The notes under the pieces: model-generated | What the model was told of the DNA's origin: nothing | Database searches by the model: none | What the model saw: only the letters and a program-made list of their open reading frames with translations | Assembly (NCBI RefSeq): GCF_963676685.1 | Contig: NC_092345.1 | Coordinates: 69,130,001-69,194,000 of the forward strand | DNA: 64,000 nucleotides | Direction: 5' to 3' | Source: Mytilus edulis | Lineage: Eukaryota | Part shown: positions 14,001-26,208 of the stretch, in pieces | Layout: each line of letters begins with the position of its first letter | Numbering within the stretch: position 1 is the stretch's first letter | Position numbers and translations under genes: made by a program

Positions 14001-17000
14001 TGAACTTAAGTTTTGAGACTTGTTTAATCTACACGATTGGGATTTTTGTATATGAGAACATGTTTTATCTATTAGTTGAAAATGCGGCTTTGAACTAGCT
14101 TTCAGTACCTGCAAGCATTCGTTATTCAATAATGTGTGTCTTTGTGTTATTATTTTATGTAATAAATTGTTGTTTTGGTACACCACTGTAACAATGAAGG
14201 AGGAAATGAGGAGGGTTGGTTGGGTGGAAGTGGGGAGGGGTATGCGGAGCGCTAACAAACATGTCTCTGCGGCATTGGCTTTGATCATTGTTGAAGCATC
14301 AATGTAAGGGGCATTTAAAATATCTTAATAAAACTATTCTTATTTTAGATACTATATATTGTTATCTGATATTGGACGAAAGATGTTGCCCTTTTATGTA
14401 ATTATTTAATACAAGTTACGATCATTTCAAAACACATATTAAACAGCCAAATGGATGCACAAGAGCCAAAATAGGAGTCATAGATCCTATTGACAACAAT
14501 TATCTGCCCAATTTTATTGATTTTGTAACATTTGTTTCAAATATGACCAACTTCTTATCCAAAATCACCAGCACCGTATCAGGACCCACCAGCACAATGA
14601 CAGGACCCACCAGCACAGTATCAGGACATGAATAAATTGAGAAAATGCTAAATGTTAATAAATTGCGATGTTTTTTCACAAAATAGTTTTGTCGCGTGGA
14701 TTGCGGTATAGAAAGCGGACTCTATGAGCATTTTTGTTTTATTTTTTCAGTTCGAGATTTTCTGAAAATGAGCATTTCTGTGTTACGCTTACTGAAAAAG
14801 TTTAGAGGGTCAACTTTTTAATGGTTTACATATGAACCCATAAGAAACAAAATTGAAAAATCTCAACCGTTTTCTTCCATTTTTTATGAGTGAAAACGTC
14901 AAAAATCATTATTTTCGTCTTTGTTTACATTTTTTCATTGATCACCAGCACCCGTCAGGACCAAATCACCAGCACAGTACGTTCTCTCGCAGGACAACCA
15001 TACCCACCGTGATAGTGGTCATGACACAACTGACAAGTCATTAATTGTATATGGTGAATTGTATTCTTTCAAATCAAATTACTAAAAGGCATTTAGTCGT
15101 TTACCATGTAGAAATGAAATCGCTGCATCTAGCATTTACATGATGTCATTCACCGGAACAAATAGTGTTATCAAAAGAAAATAAAAGGATATGTAGTAAA
15201 TGTACTTGGGACAAATTCGCACACAGAGAAAAATAGAAAAAGTAGATACAAAGACGGGTCGGCGTTTGGCTATTTGGGTTATGTAAATTCACAGCCGTCA
15301 CTATATAAGTGTGACAATTATGTAGTTTTCCGAAATACCACTCATAACATTGTTAAGACTCCTTATTAATTGTTTCAATTGGTATGACATATAATTTATC
15401 TTACCGATAGTGCTTTCTTAAGTTCCTTGATTTCCTTTTCCTGTTTGTCAATGACAGCACGTTGAACGGCTACATTTCTGTTAACTGTTTGAATGGTTTG
15501 GCTTTGTTGAGATATCACTTTCTGGAGGCGAACTTGAAACAAAAAAAAACATTCCTAAAGTTATATACTATACCCAGTAACATGCCCTCTGTTACATCGT
15601 ATCTCAATTAATACATGTGTGTTTACATTGTATAACAGGGGTGTGCACCTACCACAAATACTGTCCCAACAGTCTTGATGTAGAACGAATGAATTCGACA
15701 TCTCATGATTTTTACGGTCATCATCAAAATTGGTTGTCCGATATGGTGTGTCTGTGTCTCACCTCAATTGCAACAGGTTACCACGGTCTTATATACCAGA
15801 ATAGTCGTCTGGTGTGTACAAATGTATCTGACTCCAGATTGTGAATCTTTGAATGAATTTGGTTTCTTATTGAGAGAATGTATGCAAAGCTAAAGATGCA
15901 CACGGTTTTGCTCATTTTGAAGTTCATGCGGGGTTTTTTTTTTGTATTTTCTTAACTTGAACATCGGTAAGCTACTGTTGCCTCAGATTTAAACCAGAGT
16001 TTAAACAAAACATCCATGGTGTTAACAGCAATTTATGTCAAAGAACAAATAAAAAAAAACAAAAGGAGTGTAAATACATACGCATGCGTTTTGGTTTTTG
16101 TATTTTCCATCCATTTTTCTCTTTATCTGCATCAGAGTTTGTATCCGATGAAATAGTGTTGCAACCTGAAAGTAAGTATCAATAAATTAAAAAAAAATAT
16201 CACTGTATTAAGAAATAAAAAAACTGTAAAACAAAGCGTTATAACTAACATACGTCCGGAGCGCTTTTCTGAAATCGCCGAAATATTTCAAAGTCAATAA
16301 TTATAGAATAATTAATCGAAGAATTCAAATAGAGAAAAATATTCAACGAGTGACCGAACAACACATTAATTCACGAATGCGCGCAGCCCAACTCTGGACC
16401 CAAAGATTTGCTAAGAACTGCTTAGCGATTGAGTTCAAACTAACTTAAGCATGGAACTACATTTTTACTGAACAATTATTTTTAAAGCAAAAATTCTTGA
16501 ACATAGTGGAGATACAAACACAATACAAATATCTGTGTCTGAACAAGATGAATGTGCTAATATTATCCAATGGGAGTGTGGAGATAGAACAAGCTAGTTC
16601 CTAAAAAAAAAAAACTCGTTAGGTGTAGAAATCTCGTATTTATAGTTTTATAGGGTATTTTGGATATCAAATATATAGCTATCTCCATTTTTATCAAAAG
16701 TCGATCCATAACACTTTAAAACTCACCCGACGAAATGTATTACGATATAGATAATGCAACATACCGCTATCTGTTGTTTCTTTCTCCGTCAAAGCTTTAA
16801 CAGCTTCTTTGATTAGATGGTCTGTAGTTTGTGTTCCCTGTGTATTATCATCATGTATAATCTGTAAACAATATCATATATCTTATCTGTTAGAATTTCA
16901 AAGAGGGGTTACATAATTTGAACAAGTTTCTGCTAAGTTATATTATCTTCGTTTTTATAACATCAGCATTTTTTATAGACGAACATGAACATTTTATCTT

Positions 17001-20000
17001 TATAACAACTTTTACTGCATTACTGCTTACACTTTTTATATTAAAGGATTTTTTTTCTTTTTTAGAACAATACAAATTTAAAACCAAATCTTTTAGGGAT
17101 TGCTTCTAAACTGTTTTGGGGGTAGACGTCACAGAGGCAAGTTATGGGAAAAAAGCGTCACAGAGATAGTAACACAACGATACATAATTACACAAAATAC
17201 ATCTTCATGGCAAATACTGTCTTCAACAATTGACAGGGTTCTATGATTAAAATATGACTTGAATTTGCCATGACTTCGGATGAGCACATACATATGTTAC
17301 TGGGCTTAACATTTTTTTATGTATATTTGTAAAAATGAACCAAATAAACTCATTCAAAAATCCAAGCCTTTTCTTTCTTCTATTCATTCATTCGTTAAGA
17401 AAATACCTCTAAAATACCAAAAGAAGATTATTATACCTGAATATTCTCAGTCAACTTGAGGTTTTTTGCCTCTCGTTGACTAATCAAACATTCGTTCTTC
17501 CAATGTTTAGCCTGTTTTAACAGACCACTGTTCTTCCTCAAAAGATCCCCTATTTTCTTCTTAAAGAACAGTTCTTCTTTCGATCCTTGGAATGGTTTGT
17601 AATGTCTCCTTTCCTTCTTCTTCACAATCACTTCCTAAATAGGTTTTAAAAAGTTTCATTTTTTTATAACTGTATTAACAACGAAGCAATTATAAATTTG
17701 CTTCGTTGTAAATGATGTATCCGTATACCAAGTTATATACGATATTTCTGTGCTTGTATTTCCTATCATGATTTTTTAGATAGAGGGTTACTGCTCACAA
17801 GGGAGCTATTAAATTATGAGTTTGACTGTACCTTTGGTATCTTTTGTCTCTCTTTTAGTTATATGATTGTATGTCATTTTGTACCGCGGAGACGCACACG
17901 CACGAAAGCGCTGTGAATACAGTAACATCAACTTTATTGCGGCGAATTAAACATAAGGGAACAAGCTAGAAGTTTGTGAAAAAATAAATTCTAAGTAAAC
18001 TTAATATAAAGATCGCGGTAGAAAAAATTTTCTTCTCATATCAAATTTTAATCTAAAATGTCAAGATGCACCAACGCAAGAATAACGTCTATCTTTTATT
18101 TTAAAAACTCCTAGAATAAAAGTTTGTTTTATTGAAGATACACAACTAAGATATGAACGAGGAGTTGTACCTTTACTTTCACAGCTCCAAGATCTGACTT
18201 CAAGCTCTTGATTGTTGTTTCATGCATTTGTTCACGGTGTGCTAATTCTGATATGACGACCTTGCTGAGACTACAGAACGCACACGACCCAGCTCCTGCT
18301 GTAATTATCTCCAGAAGACCTTGTGGTCCCGGAAGTAATGGTAGTCTTATGGGAAATTCAATACAGCGAGGAGACAGTGGGTACGGTATCAATGCCTGAA
18401 AAGGAAAGATGGTAATCTTATGGGAAATTCAATTTTAATACAGTGAGGAGACGGTGGAACCGGTATCAATGCCTGGAAAGGAAAGATGGTAGCCTTATTG
18501 GAAATTCAATACACCGAGGAGACAGTGGGTACGGTATCAATGCCTGAAAGGAAAGAGCGCAACCAGGTATCACTGTTATATGGAACATGATAATTTTATT
18601 TCATCGCGACGGAATGGTAAATAGTCTGGCCGCTGGAAAGAAATAAAAATCATGAATTTTTAATCGTTTCCACATTTATCATGACCTTATTTGGGACAAT
18701 ATCCCTAATGCGCCTTGAAATGAGGAACTCAAAAGTCACGTGTAAACAAAAAAATCTCTGTGTAGTGATATTTGACACTTTTCTATGATAAACAAGTGAC
18801 TGAGCTTAACCATTTGAGTTAATTGAGAAAGAAGGGGAACACAGAATAAATGTGTAAAATATATGGAGTTATTAAATGTGTTCAAAGTATTAAATTTTCA
18901 AAGAACTTATTGTGTTAAAAATGGGATTTTTTACCACGAGGAGCCGCATCACAAAAGGATACTCGGGTTTGCTAATTTACGGAAAAGGTAATCTCACTTC
19001 GTACCCCGAAAATTTAACCACATATGTCAAAATGTCTCAGCTTCGAAACGAGCCATCACACATATCCAAGTTAACAACATGGACTGAGCAAATGAAGAAA
19101 ACGTTACCATTACCGCCCATAGAGAAACTAATACGCATCTTGACCCATTTGTAAATGTAATCATGTATTATATATTTTATGTCGATAAGTTTGATAGGAT
19201 AAACAAATATACAAAGACGTTCAATAAAATCAACCTAAAAGATGTATATTTTATATAATGGATCTGAGAAAATGACCATGCCTTTGGAAACAACACTCAC
19301 CAGTTCTTCCGTTATCCATTTAGCATTCTGAGTTTTAATGTCATATATCAGCTTTTTCTTGGAGGATTTGTTCTTTCCAGCTACAGCAACCTGTGCATAG
19401 GTAGCTTTGTTGTCATTTTTCGGTAGGGGAACAATTGGGACATAAGAAACAACAGCTTGTTCATTGTCATTGTACTCTTTAACAACGGGCTGCTTTACAA
19501 TGTTAAAAGTTTCGGTCCAAGCTTGAGCAGGATTAAAGTCTGACGCCAAGGTGTTGTGATCTTTGTACACTGTTAATATTCTTTCTTTGAAAACTCTTCG
19601 TTTTGATGGTGAACACAATGGTAATCCTGGAGGTAAACTGACAGTGGTTTCTGAAAATTTGAAGGAGAGACAGAATTTATTATTGTTTTTGTTGTACGGT
19701 CTCTAATAAGCCAACCAAAATCTTTGTAAAAAAATCATAAAAAATAAAATAAGGATGAACTTATATATGACGAACAATTACACTTATACTGGGAAGTTTT
19801 CAATATAGTACAACGATTGTTTAATGTGTTATTGTTTTAAATATATATTTTTGCTGGAAGGTTCTTAACAATGACCATTTGAACGAAAGATTTTCTTTTT
19901 ATCGACCATTCCTGTTTGTTTTAATATCGCCTCCATGGCCGCGGTTGTCTCTAGGTCACGTGTTCCCTTCGAGTGCGGGTGATCGTTAATTCAATACCTT

Positions 20001-23000
20001 GCGGTTAAGCCAAAGACTGGACAATTGGTATTTGCTGCTTCTTTGCTAAGCAAGCGGCATGAAGGCGGAAGAACATAGATTGGTCTGAGTCAGAATAATG
20101 TGTCCCGAGTGGTGACATGTCTTTCTGTGGACTAATACCTTGTTACGTTCAAAATTCAACTCAACATGTCGGTCTAGTACAAAGCAGGGATAATATTTAT
20201 ATTACCGTTACATGTTCACGTCCTGAATATGCTTTTAATTTACCGCTCGATTCATCATAATCCTCTAAAAGTCTTAGAAATACCACCTTATTTGATTCTT
20301 TTTTATAAAAAAAATATGGGGAAGTACTTTAATATATTACTAGAACACACCCGCGAAATCGCGGGCATAAACATCTTGTGAACTGTTGTAGGATGAATTT
20401 TTGGTAATAGAAATTATGTATGGGGAATTTCATAAAAGGTATCAAAAGCCCTCTCCCTTTTTCCAAAGTCAGATATGTGTTTCCTTTCTGTTAAATTCAA
20501 CTATTTTCGTGTTTCTGGCCTCAGACCACAATTATTTTTCTTCTTTGCTACAATGCAACTTTTGTTAAAAGTCAATTTAAATTAAAAATTTGCCGCACCG
20601 CTTCAAACATGAAATAAATGTAACTGCTTATCTGTAGACCATTATTAGTATAATAAAAAATGGTTTTAGGACAATCCATCAGTGCCTTTTCTTTTGAGAG
20701 CCTTATTAACATGCCATTGGTAAGATATTAATCTTATATTAATGACTAAGACCGACTCAGGCTTATTTGAGGGGTGGTCGGAGGGGTCCTGATCCCGAAA
20801 TCCCGGACTTAAAACATGAAATCCTGAGATGCAGAATTAAAAGAAATTCATATCGCGAAATCCCGAAATTGAAAAATATATTCCCGGATACCGTAAGTAT
20901 CAATCCCCAAATCCCGAGCTTAAAAATACCCGATCCCGACGTCCCGAAAAAGGTCCTGCCTCCCTCTAATCTCCACCCTACTTCATTTTTGCCAAATCAC
21001 TATTTTCAACAATAGATTTATATGCCCCATTTATGGGCATTATGTTTTCTAGTCTGTGCATCCGTGCGTTAAAAATACCCGACCCCGACGTCCCGAAAAA
21101 GGTCTTCCCTCCCTCTAATCTCTACCCTACTTTTATTTTTGCCAAATCACTACTTTCACTTTCAACAATAAATTGTTATGCCCCTCCCATTTATGGGCAT
21201 TATGTTTTCTAGTCTGTGCATCCGTGCGTTCGTTCGTCCGTCTGTCCCGCTTCAGGTTAAAGTTTTTGGTGAAGTTGAAGTCCAATCAACTCGAAACTTA
21301 GTAAATATAATGCCGATGTGGCATCCGTGTACTATGGACACATTCTTAATTGTTTTCACATGTTTTACTTATTTTAATATATATGCAACTGGTATGACCC
21401 CTTAAATAGTAAATATTTCAAAGAAAACAGTAGACAGAATAGAGAACGTCTCTATATATTAAAGTAGTATAATCGTAGTTAACATGCATATGTAGATAAA
21501 CGCGAAAAATAACTGTCCTCTCTACTCGAAGGCATATGTAGATAAACGCGAAAAATAATTGTCCTCTCTAAGGAGGTATAATAGTTGTGGTTCTTGCGAC
21601 CTAAACACCATAATATGGAGAACGCTCTGATTGGCTTATTTATTTTTCATTTTTGTTATCTATCATACGATTGGTTGTATTTGTGCATGTTTCAAACCGG
21701 AAGTCTTATCTATGACTTAAAGTCAGTCTGATGACGGAACTAATATCCAGGCTACTTTTGGTGTCAGACCACCAATTACTCCCTCCAATTTAGAACGTAT
21801 GTAAAAGTAGTCCTACTTTGACACAAAATAGTGCTTTTGATGTCATTGTTTACTTAAACTAACCAACAAATTTGCAGAAATGAAACTTTTGGTGAAAGGA
21901 AAATATATTTAGACCATTTTGAGCCAAAATTCACTTGTCTATGAGTTTGCATTAAAAATTCAGGATTAATGCGCTACATAGTACACTAATTAACCGGGAG
22001 CTATTTTGGTAGTACCTGTCTTTTCAAAATCAGAAATTTGTTACAAGACTTTAAACATTGGTTGAAAATTGGCATGTAGGAAGGTGATACATGTACAATT
22101 CAGGATATACCTGGTTTCCTTGAAGTTAAACTTAAGGTAAAATATTTAGAAAGCTGTGAAAATTGCAAAATTTGGTTGAACAGATAGGGATTTTTAATTG
22201 GTGGTCTGACACCTTTTTATCGTTTTTCTCCTAAAATAACTCAATCTGAATAATCATAAGAATGGATGACAAATGCGACTATGCATGTTACATAAATTTT
22301 AGAACACAGACACATGGTGATTAATTTATCGTGGAAGGAAGAGAAGCGACACACAAAATAAGGTCTTCTATATATAGTATAGATAATATCAGATGTTTAC
22401 CCTTTTTTGCGCACATCATTTTGTGGAAAAAAGTAAAACTACCGTTAAATGAAATCGTGATATTGAATATGAATTCCTGTATTACATACGTCGTTTCCTT
22501 GATTCTGTTGTTGAATTTGCACCTGCTGATTTCTCTAATGTATCAAAGCAGAAGTCTTCATCATAGCCAGCCACTCCACGGAACTGGAATGTGTTACTGA
22601 TGCCAACCACGTGGTCCCCTTTAGCCACATACAGAAACACAAAATCTACTCCAGGCATCCTCACATGCTAATTTAACAAAATTATTTTTAGATTTAAAAA
22701 AAAAACATGCAAATATGAATTAACAGAATTCATTATAAGTGGCAGAAAATCTGGTGTAACATTTCAATTATTTGAGTCCTTTTCGTTGCGGTCAAGACAT
22801 TGAGCTGCTTGATTATAATTTTATGTATAGAGTTTTCGTCAGTTTGAAAAACTCTTAATTGATTAAAGTATTCTGTTGGTCACTTTCAGTTTACGAATTA
22901 CATTCCAAACTGTACTAAAAAAAGGTTACAATTCTTCAGGAAAATTTGACCTTAGATTATTTTGACTGCTCTGCAGAGGACGTTTTGTTGTTACATTGAA

Positions 23001-26000
23001 TTCTTAGAGATTTATATATTCTCGTGCATACCTGACACGTGTCACGTGCCACTAACAGATATCATATATTTACATTATCTTCATAAACATTTTGACAAAA
23101 AACTTTTGGAAATTAATTTGCTTCATAATGTTTACTCAGCTTTATAAAGGTTGTTGAACTTTCAATAATTAGTAAACAAGTAAAATGCAGTTACATTATT
23201 AAAGACCAAGAGAGTATGAAGTAAAATACAGAAGAAAGAAGAAAATACTCTATTACATATTTATACAGATAAAAATTACATACGCATTACTCCTGGTAAG
23301 TTTTTGTATCAGCTGAAGAAAAACAATACCGAATGTGTGCGAAAAGGTCTTTGAAGTCTTGGATACGATACGTTGAAAGTCCTCAGTAAGGTTGTCCCTG
23401 TTGACAATTTTGATTTCTCTAATATTTATGCTTTACTACCCCATATATAAATATTGAGAAATATTTTTTCATATTTATAGACTTATTTGTTATAGTAATT
23501 ATTAGTACGATTCCATCTGTAGGAATTTGATTCATGCAAAGCATTTTGCTTTTGTATCATTTAAAAGACTAACAAATCTAAGAATCGTCAATTGTTATTG
23601 GCTGTGTATGCTGTTCAATATTTGCGTCTTGACTTTTGTATACATGTATTAACGTTATTATTTGAAATAAGACTTTTGTATACATGTATTAACGTTATTA
23701 TTTAAAATAAGACTTAACTATCAAATGCCTTGTTTGTTTTGAGCCTAGATTGTGTCGTGTACTCATCATGAATATAAATAAGAAGATGTGGTATGATTGG
23801 CAATGAGACAACTCTCTAAAAGAGACCAAAATACACAGAAATTAACAACTATATGTCAACGTATGGCCTTCAACAATGATCAAAGCCCATACCGCATAGT
23901 CAGCTGTAAAAGGCCCCGAAATGACAATGTAAAATAATTCAAACGAGAAAACTAACGGTATAATTTATGAAGTTTATATAACCAATTAAAGTCAGCAACT
24001 TTATCTTTCTGTTTGAGATGCGCCCGAGTCAATTACACTTTAATAGAGTTCGACTGGTAACCGGGAAGAAGAAGACTTCATATAAGTAGTTTGAAGTACT
24101 TCGAGCATGTCGAGCCTGCTTGTCATACGTGTAAACATCAGTTCATATACGGTACTGGTTCTCTCCCCCCTTAATTTGTACTTATGTTTTTGGTCTATTG
24201 AACTTTTGGAAATTAATTTGCTTCATAATGTTGACTCAGCTCTATAAAGGTGGTTGAACTTTCAATAATTAGTAAACAAGTAAAATGCAGTTACATTATT
24301 AAAGACCAAGAGAGTATATGAAGTAAAATACAGAAGAAAGAAGAAAATACTCTATTACATATTTATACAGATAAAAATTACATACGCATTACTCCTGGTA
24401 AGTTTTTGTATCAGCTGAAGAAAAACAATACCGAATGTGTGCGAAAAGGTCTTTGAAGTCTTGGATACGATACGTTGAAAGTTCTCAGTAAGGTTGTCCC
24501 TGTTGACAATTTTGATTTCTCTAATATTTATGCTTTACTACCCCATATATAAATATTGAGAAATATTTATATATATTTTATAGACTTATTTGTTATAGTA
24601 ATTATTAGTATGATTCCATCTGTAGGAATTTGATTCATGCAAAGCATTTTGCTTTTGTATCATTTAAAAGACTAACAAGTCTAAGAATCGTCAATTGTTA
24701 TTGGCTGTGTATGCTGTTCAATATTTGCGTCTTGACTCTTGTATACATGTATTAACGTTATTATTTGAAACAAGACTTAACTATCAAATGCCTTGTTTGT
24801 TTTGAGCCTAGATTGTGTCGTGTACTCATCATGAATATAAATAAGAAGATGTGGTATGATTGGCAATGAGACAACTCTCTAAAAGAGACCAAAATACACA
24901 GAAATTAACAACTATATGTCAACGTATGGCCTTCAACAATGATCAAAGCCCATACCGCATAGTCAGCTGTAAAAGGCCCCTAAATGACAATGTAAAATAA
25001 TTCAAACGAGAAAACTAACAGTCTAATTTATGAAGTTTATATAACCAATTAAAGTCAGCAACTTTATCTTTCTGTTTGAGATGCGCCCGAGTCAATTACA
25101 CTTTAATAGAGTTCGACTGGAACCGGGAAGAAGAAGACTTCATATAAGTAGTTTGAAGTACTTTGAGCATGTCGAGCCTGCTTGTCATACGTGTAAACAT
25201 CAGTTCATATACGGTAATGGTTCTCTCCCCCCTTAATTTGTACTTATGTTTTTGGTCTATTGAACCTTAATAAAATTTGAGTATTATTCTGTACTGATTT
25301 CATTGTGTCCTAGAAGTCAGAAACCTAGTCCGTAAAAGTCTTATGTATATATCGATGCTCTTCTGTAGTATCTGTTTCTATAGATCAGAGCTATTATAGA
25401 CATACGATTGTTGTTCAGTATGGTAATGCGTAGATGCTTTCGTTTATGTGTCGATGGTTTGCTGTTATATTGACTGACGTTTATACCCAAAAGCTCATTC
25501 TTTTTATATTAAAGTGTATCATACATAAATAAATTTATCATTTATACATTAAGTCTAATGGCAGAATAGATCTAGTATCGGACGAAATGTGTTCATCTTG
25601 TCCATTTGAATACAGGAGAAGACTGAGGAATTAAAATCTGACGAGAGACGTAACAACACTAAAACATGATATATGATGTACTTTTTCTTGAACAAATAAA
25701 ACTGAATATACTAAATAATAAAGTCAATTTGATACTTACATCAAGATCAGCATCCGTAAATTGGACACTTCTTCGCCTGAGTGTGTAAGCATGTCGGGGA
25801 ATAAGGGGTGCCCATTTATATGCCAAGAAATCATCTACTGAATTCCACTCGGTATTAAAAAGTCCTACATAATCCAATTCTTCTGGATCAAAACAATCTC
25901 CAATATCCCACTGTAATCTTATTCTGTAATCGTTCGAATAACAATCCCTTACTGGTCGAAAGGTTACTAAATCTGAAGAGGCATTGATGTTTTCTAATTC

Positions 26001-26018
26001 AAAGTCAAAATCTGACAT
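7773..26018 (-). CDS. TAX1BP1/CALCOCO (NDP52)-family protein: SKICH + coiled coil + UBZ zinc finger, ~614 aa. Coding exons 26018-25740, 22667-22490, 19650-19301, 18395-18171, 17634-17437, 16861-16765, 15532-15405, 8503-8375, 8033-7773
   Basis: The nine exons have GT/AG boundaries with compatible phases (0,1,0,0,0,1,0,0) and sum to 1845 nt. SKICH motifs DYVGLFNTEWNSVDDFLAYKWAP and FVFLYVAKGDHVVGISNTFQF, a heptad-rich middle, and terminal CPTCKMVF...IEEHIVFH. Additional small exons cannot be excluded. Confidence 0.85.
8375..8503 (-). CDS. CALCOCO-like coding exon 8
   Basis: KQDKAKTTADRKLTEMTERVRSILRGRFKEKQGEWRQFARKIN; GTAAGT donor. Confidence 0.8.
12523..12785. mobile_element. foldback MITE nested in the Transib-type element
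   Basis: Long imperfect inverted arms starting CAGCCGATT. Same family as 48364-48636. Confidence 0.75.
13481..13755. mobile_element. TA-flanked foldback MITE (Tc1/mariner-like)
   Basis: TA|CAGCTTTTCTATAAA ... TTTATAGAAGAGCTG|TA with long imperfect arms. Confidence 0.65.
15405..15532 (-). CDS. CALCOCO-like coding exon 7 (coiled coil)
   Basis: RLQKVISQQSQTIQTVNRNVAVQRAVIDKQEKEIKELKKALS; GTAAGA donor. Confidence 0.8.
16765..16861 (-). CDS. CALCOCO-like coding exon 6
   Basis: IIHDDNTQGTQTTDHLIKEAVKALTEKETTDS; TTTACAG acceptor, GTATGT donor. Confidence 0.75.
17437..17634 (-). CDS. CALCOCO-like coding exon 5 (basic, coiled coil)
   Basis: EVIVKKKERR...AKNLKLTENIQ, phase 0/0, AG..GT. Confidence 0.75.
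18171..18395 (-). CDS. CALCOCO-like coding exon 4
   Basis: CTTTTCAG acceptor; ALIPYPLSP...LKSDLGAVKVK. The donor could alternatively be 6 nt earlier. Confidence 0.65.
18338..18555. repeat. three tandem ~70-77 bp units spanning a splice acceptor
   Basis: Units at 18338-18408, 18409-18485 and 18486-18555. Confidence 0.9.
19301..19650 (-). CDS. CALCOCO-like coding exon 3
   Basis: TTTTCAG acceptor, 350 nt open frame in the expected phase, GTGAGT donor. Confidence 0.75.
19929..20200 (+). mobile_element. degenerate tRNA-derived SINE (Meta-domain-like)
   Basis: AAGACT..AATTGGTATTTGCTGCTTCT..GCTAAGCA.GC.GCAT core, recalled from mollusc SINEs. A related copy lies at ~29940-30290. Confidence 0.6.
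20340..21470 (-). mobile_element. non-autonomous Helitron-like element with nested insertions
   Basis: Minus-strand 3' end is the hairpin CCCGCGATTTCGCGGG followed by ...TTCTAG|T. The putative 5' end reads TATACTACTTTAATATATAGA. It contains a small GAGGG..CCCTC MITE (~20769-20966), a HINE-like piece (~21176-21348) and a ~165 bp junction duplication. Confidence 0.55.
21760..22213. mobile_element. MITE
   Basis: TIR GGTGTCAGACCACCAATT / AATTGGTGGTCTGACACC. A partial second copy lies at ~45400-45558. Confidence 0.7.
22490..22667 (-). CDS. CALCOCO-like coding exon 2 (SKICH C-half + candidate LIR)
   Basis: HVRMPGVDFVFLYVAKGDHVVGISNTFQFRGVAGYDEDFCFDTLEK...; AG acceptor, GTATGT donor. Confidence 0.88.
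23101..25264. repeat. recent ~1.1 kb tandem duplication within an intron
   Basis: 23101-24200 is repeated almost identically at 24201-25264. Copy 1 has an extra 40 bp internal duplication at 23631-23710. Confidence 0.95.
25740..26018 (-). CDS. CALCOCO-like coding exon 1 (SKICH N-half)
   Basis: MSDFDFEL...VTFRPVRDCY...DYVGLF..W...KWAP...VQFTDADLD, then a GTAAGT donor. An acceptor lies 15 nt upstream of the ATG at 26034-26035. Confidence 0.9.
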
Positions 26019-26208
26019 ATCTAAGGAATGAATCTGAAAAGAAATCAGATATATTGTTTTATACTTGTTAGTTTTTTTTCCTTCTTTGTAATGAGTGTCA
26101 CTTTAGTTATACAAACTAATAAAATAAAAGATGATATAGATTTACTTATTATCGAAAAGCAAATCATGTATTTTTTTTCTAAAAGTGAACGAGTTTTATT
26201 AACAGTAA

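Larger units (their letters stand above)
10064..15011. mobile_element. non-autonomous Transib-type DNA transposon, 4948 bp
   Basis: Perfect 69 bp TIRs (10064-10132 / 14943-15011) beginning CACGGTG. 5 bp TSD ATAGT. Subterminal GTCCTGA-N-GTGCTGGTG repeats. No intact transposase ORF. Confidence 0.85.

Noticed and set aside
18544-18632. extra coding exon starting at the strong acceptor at 18632
   Set aside because: There are stops in all three frames before any donor.
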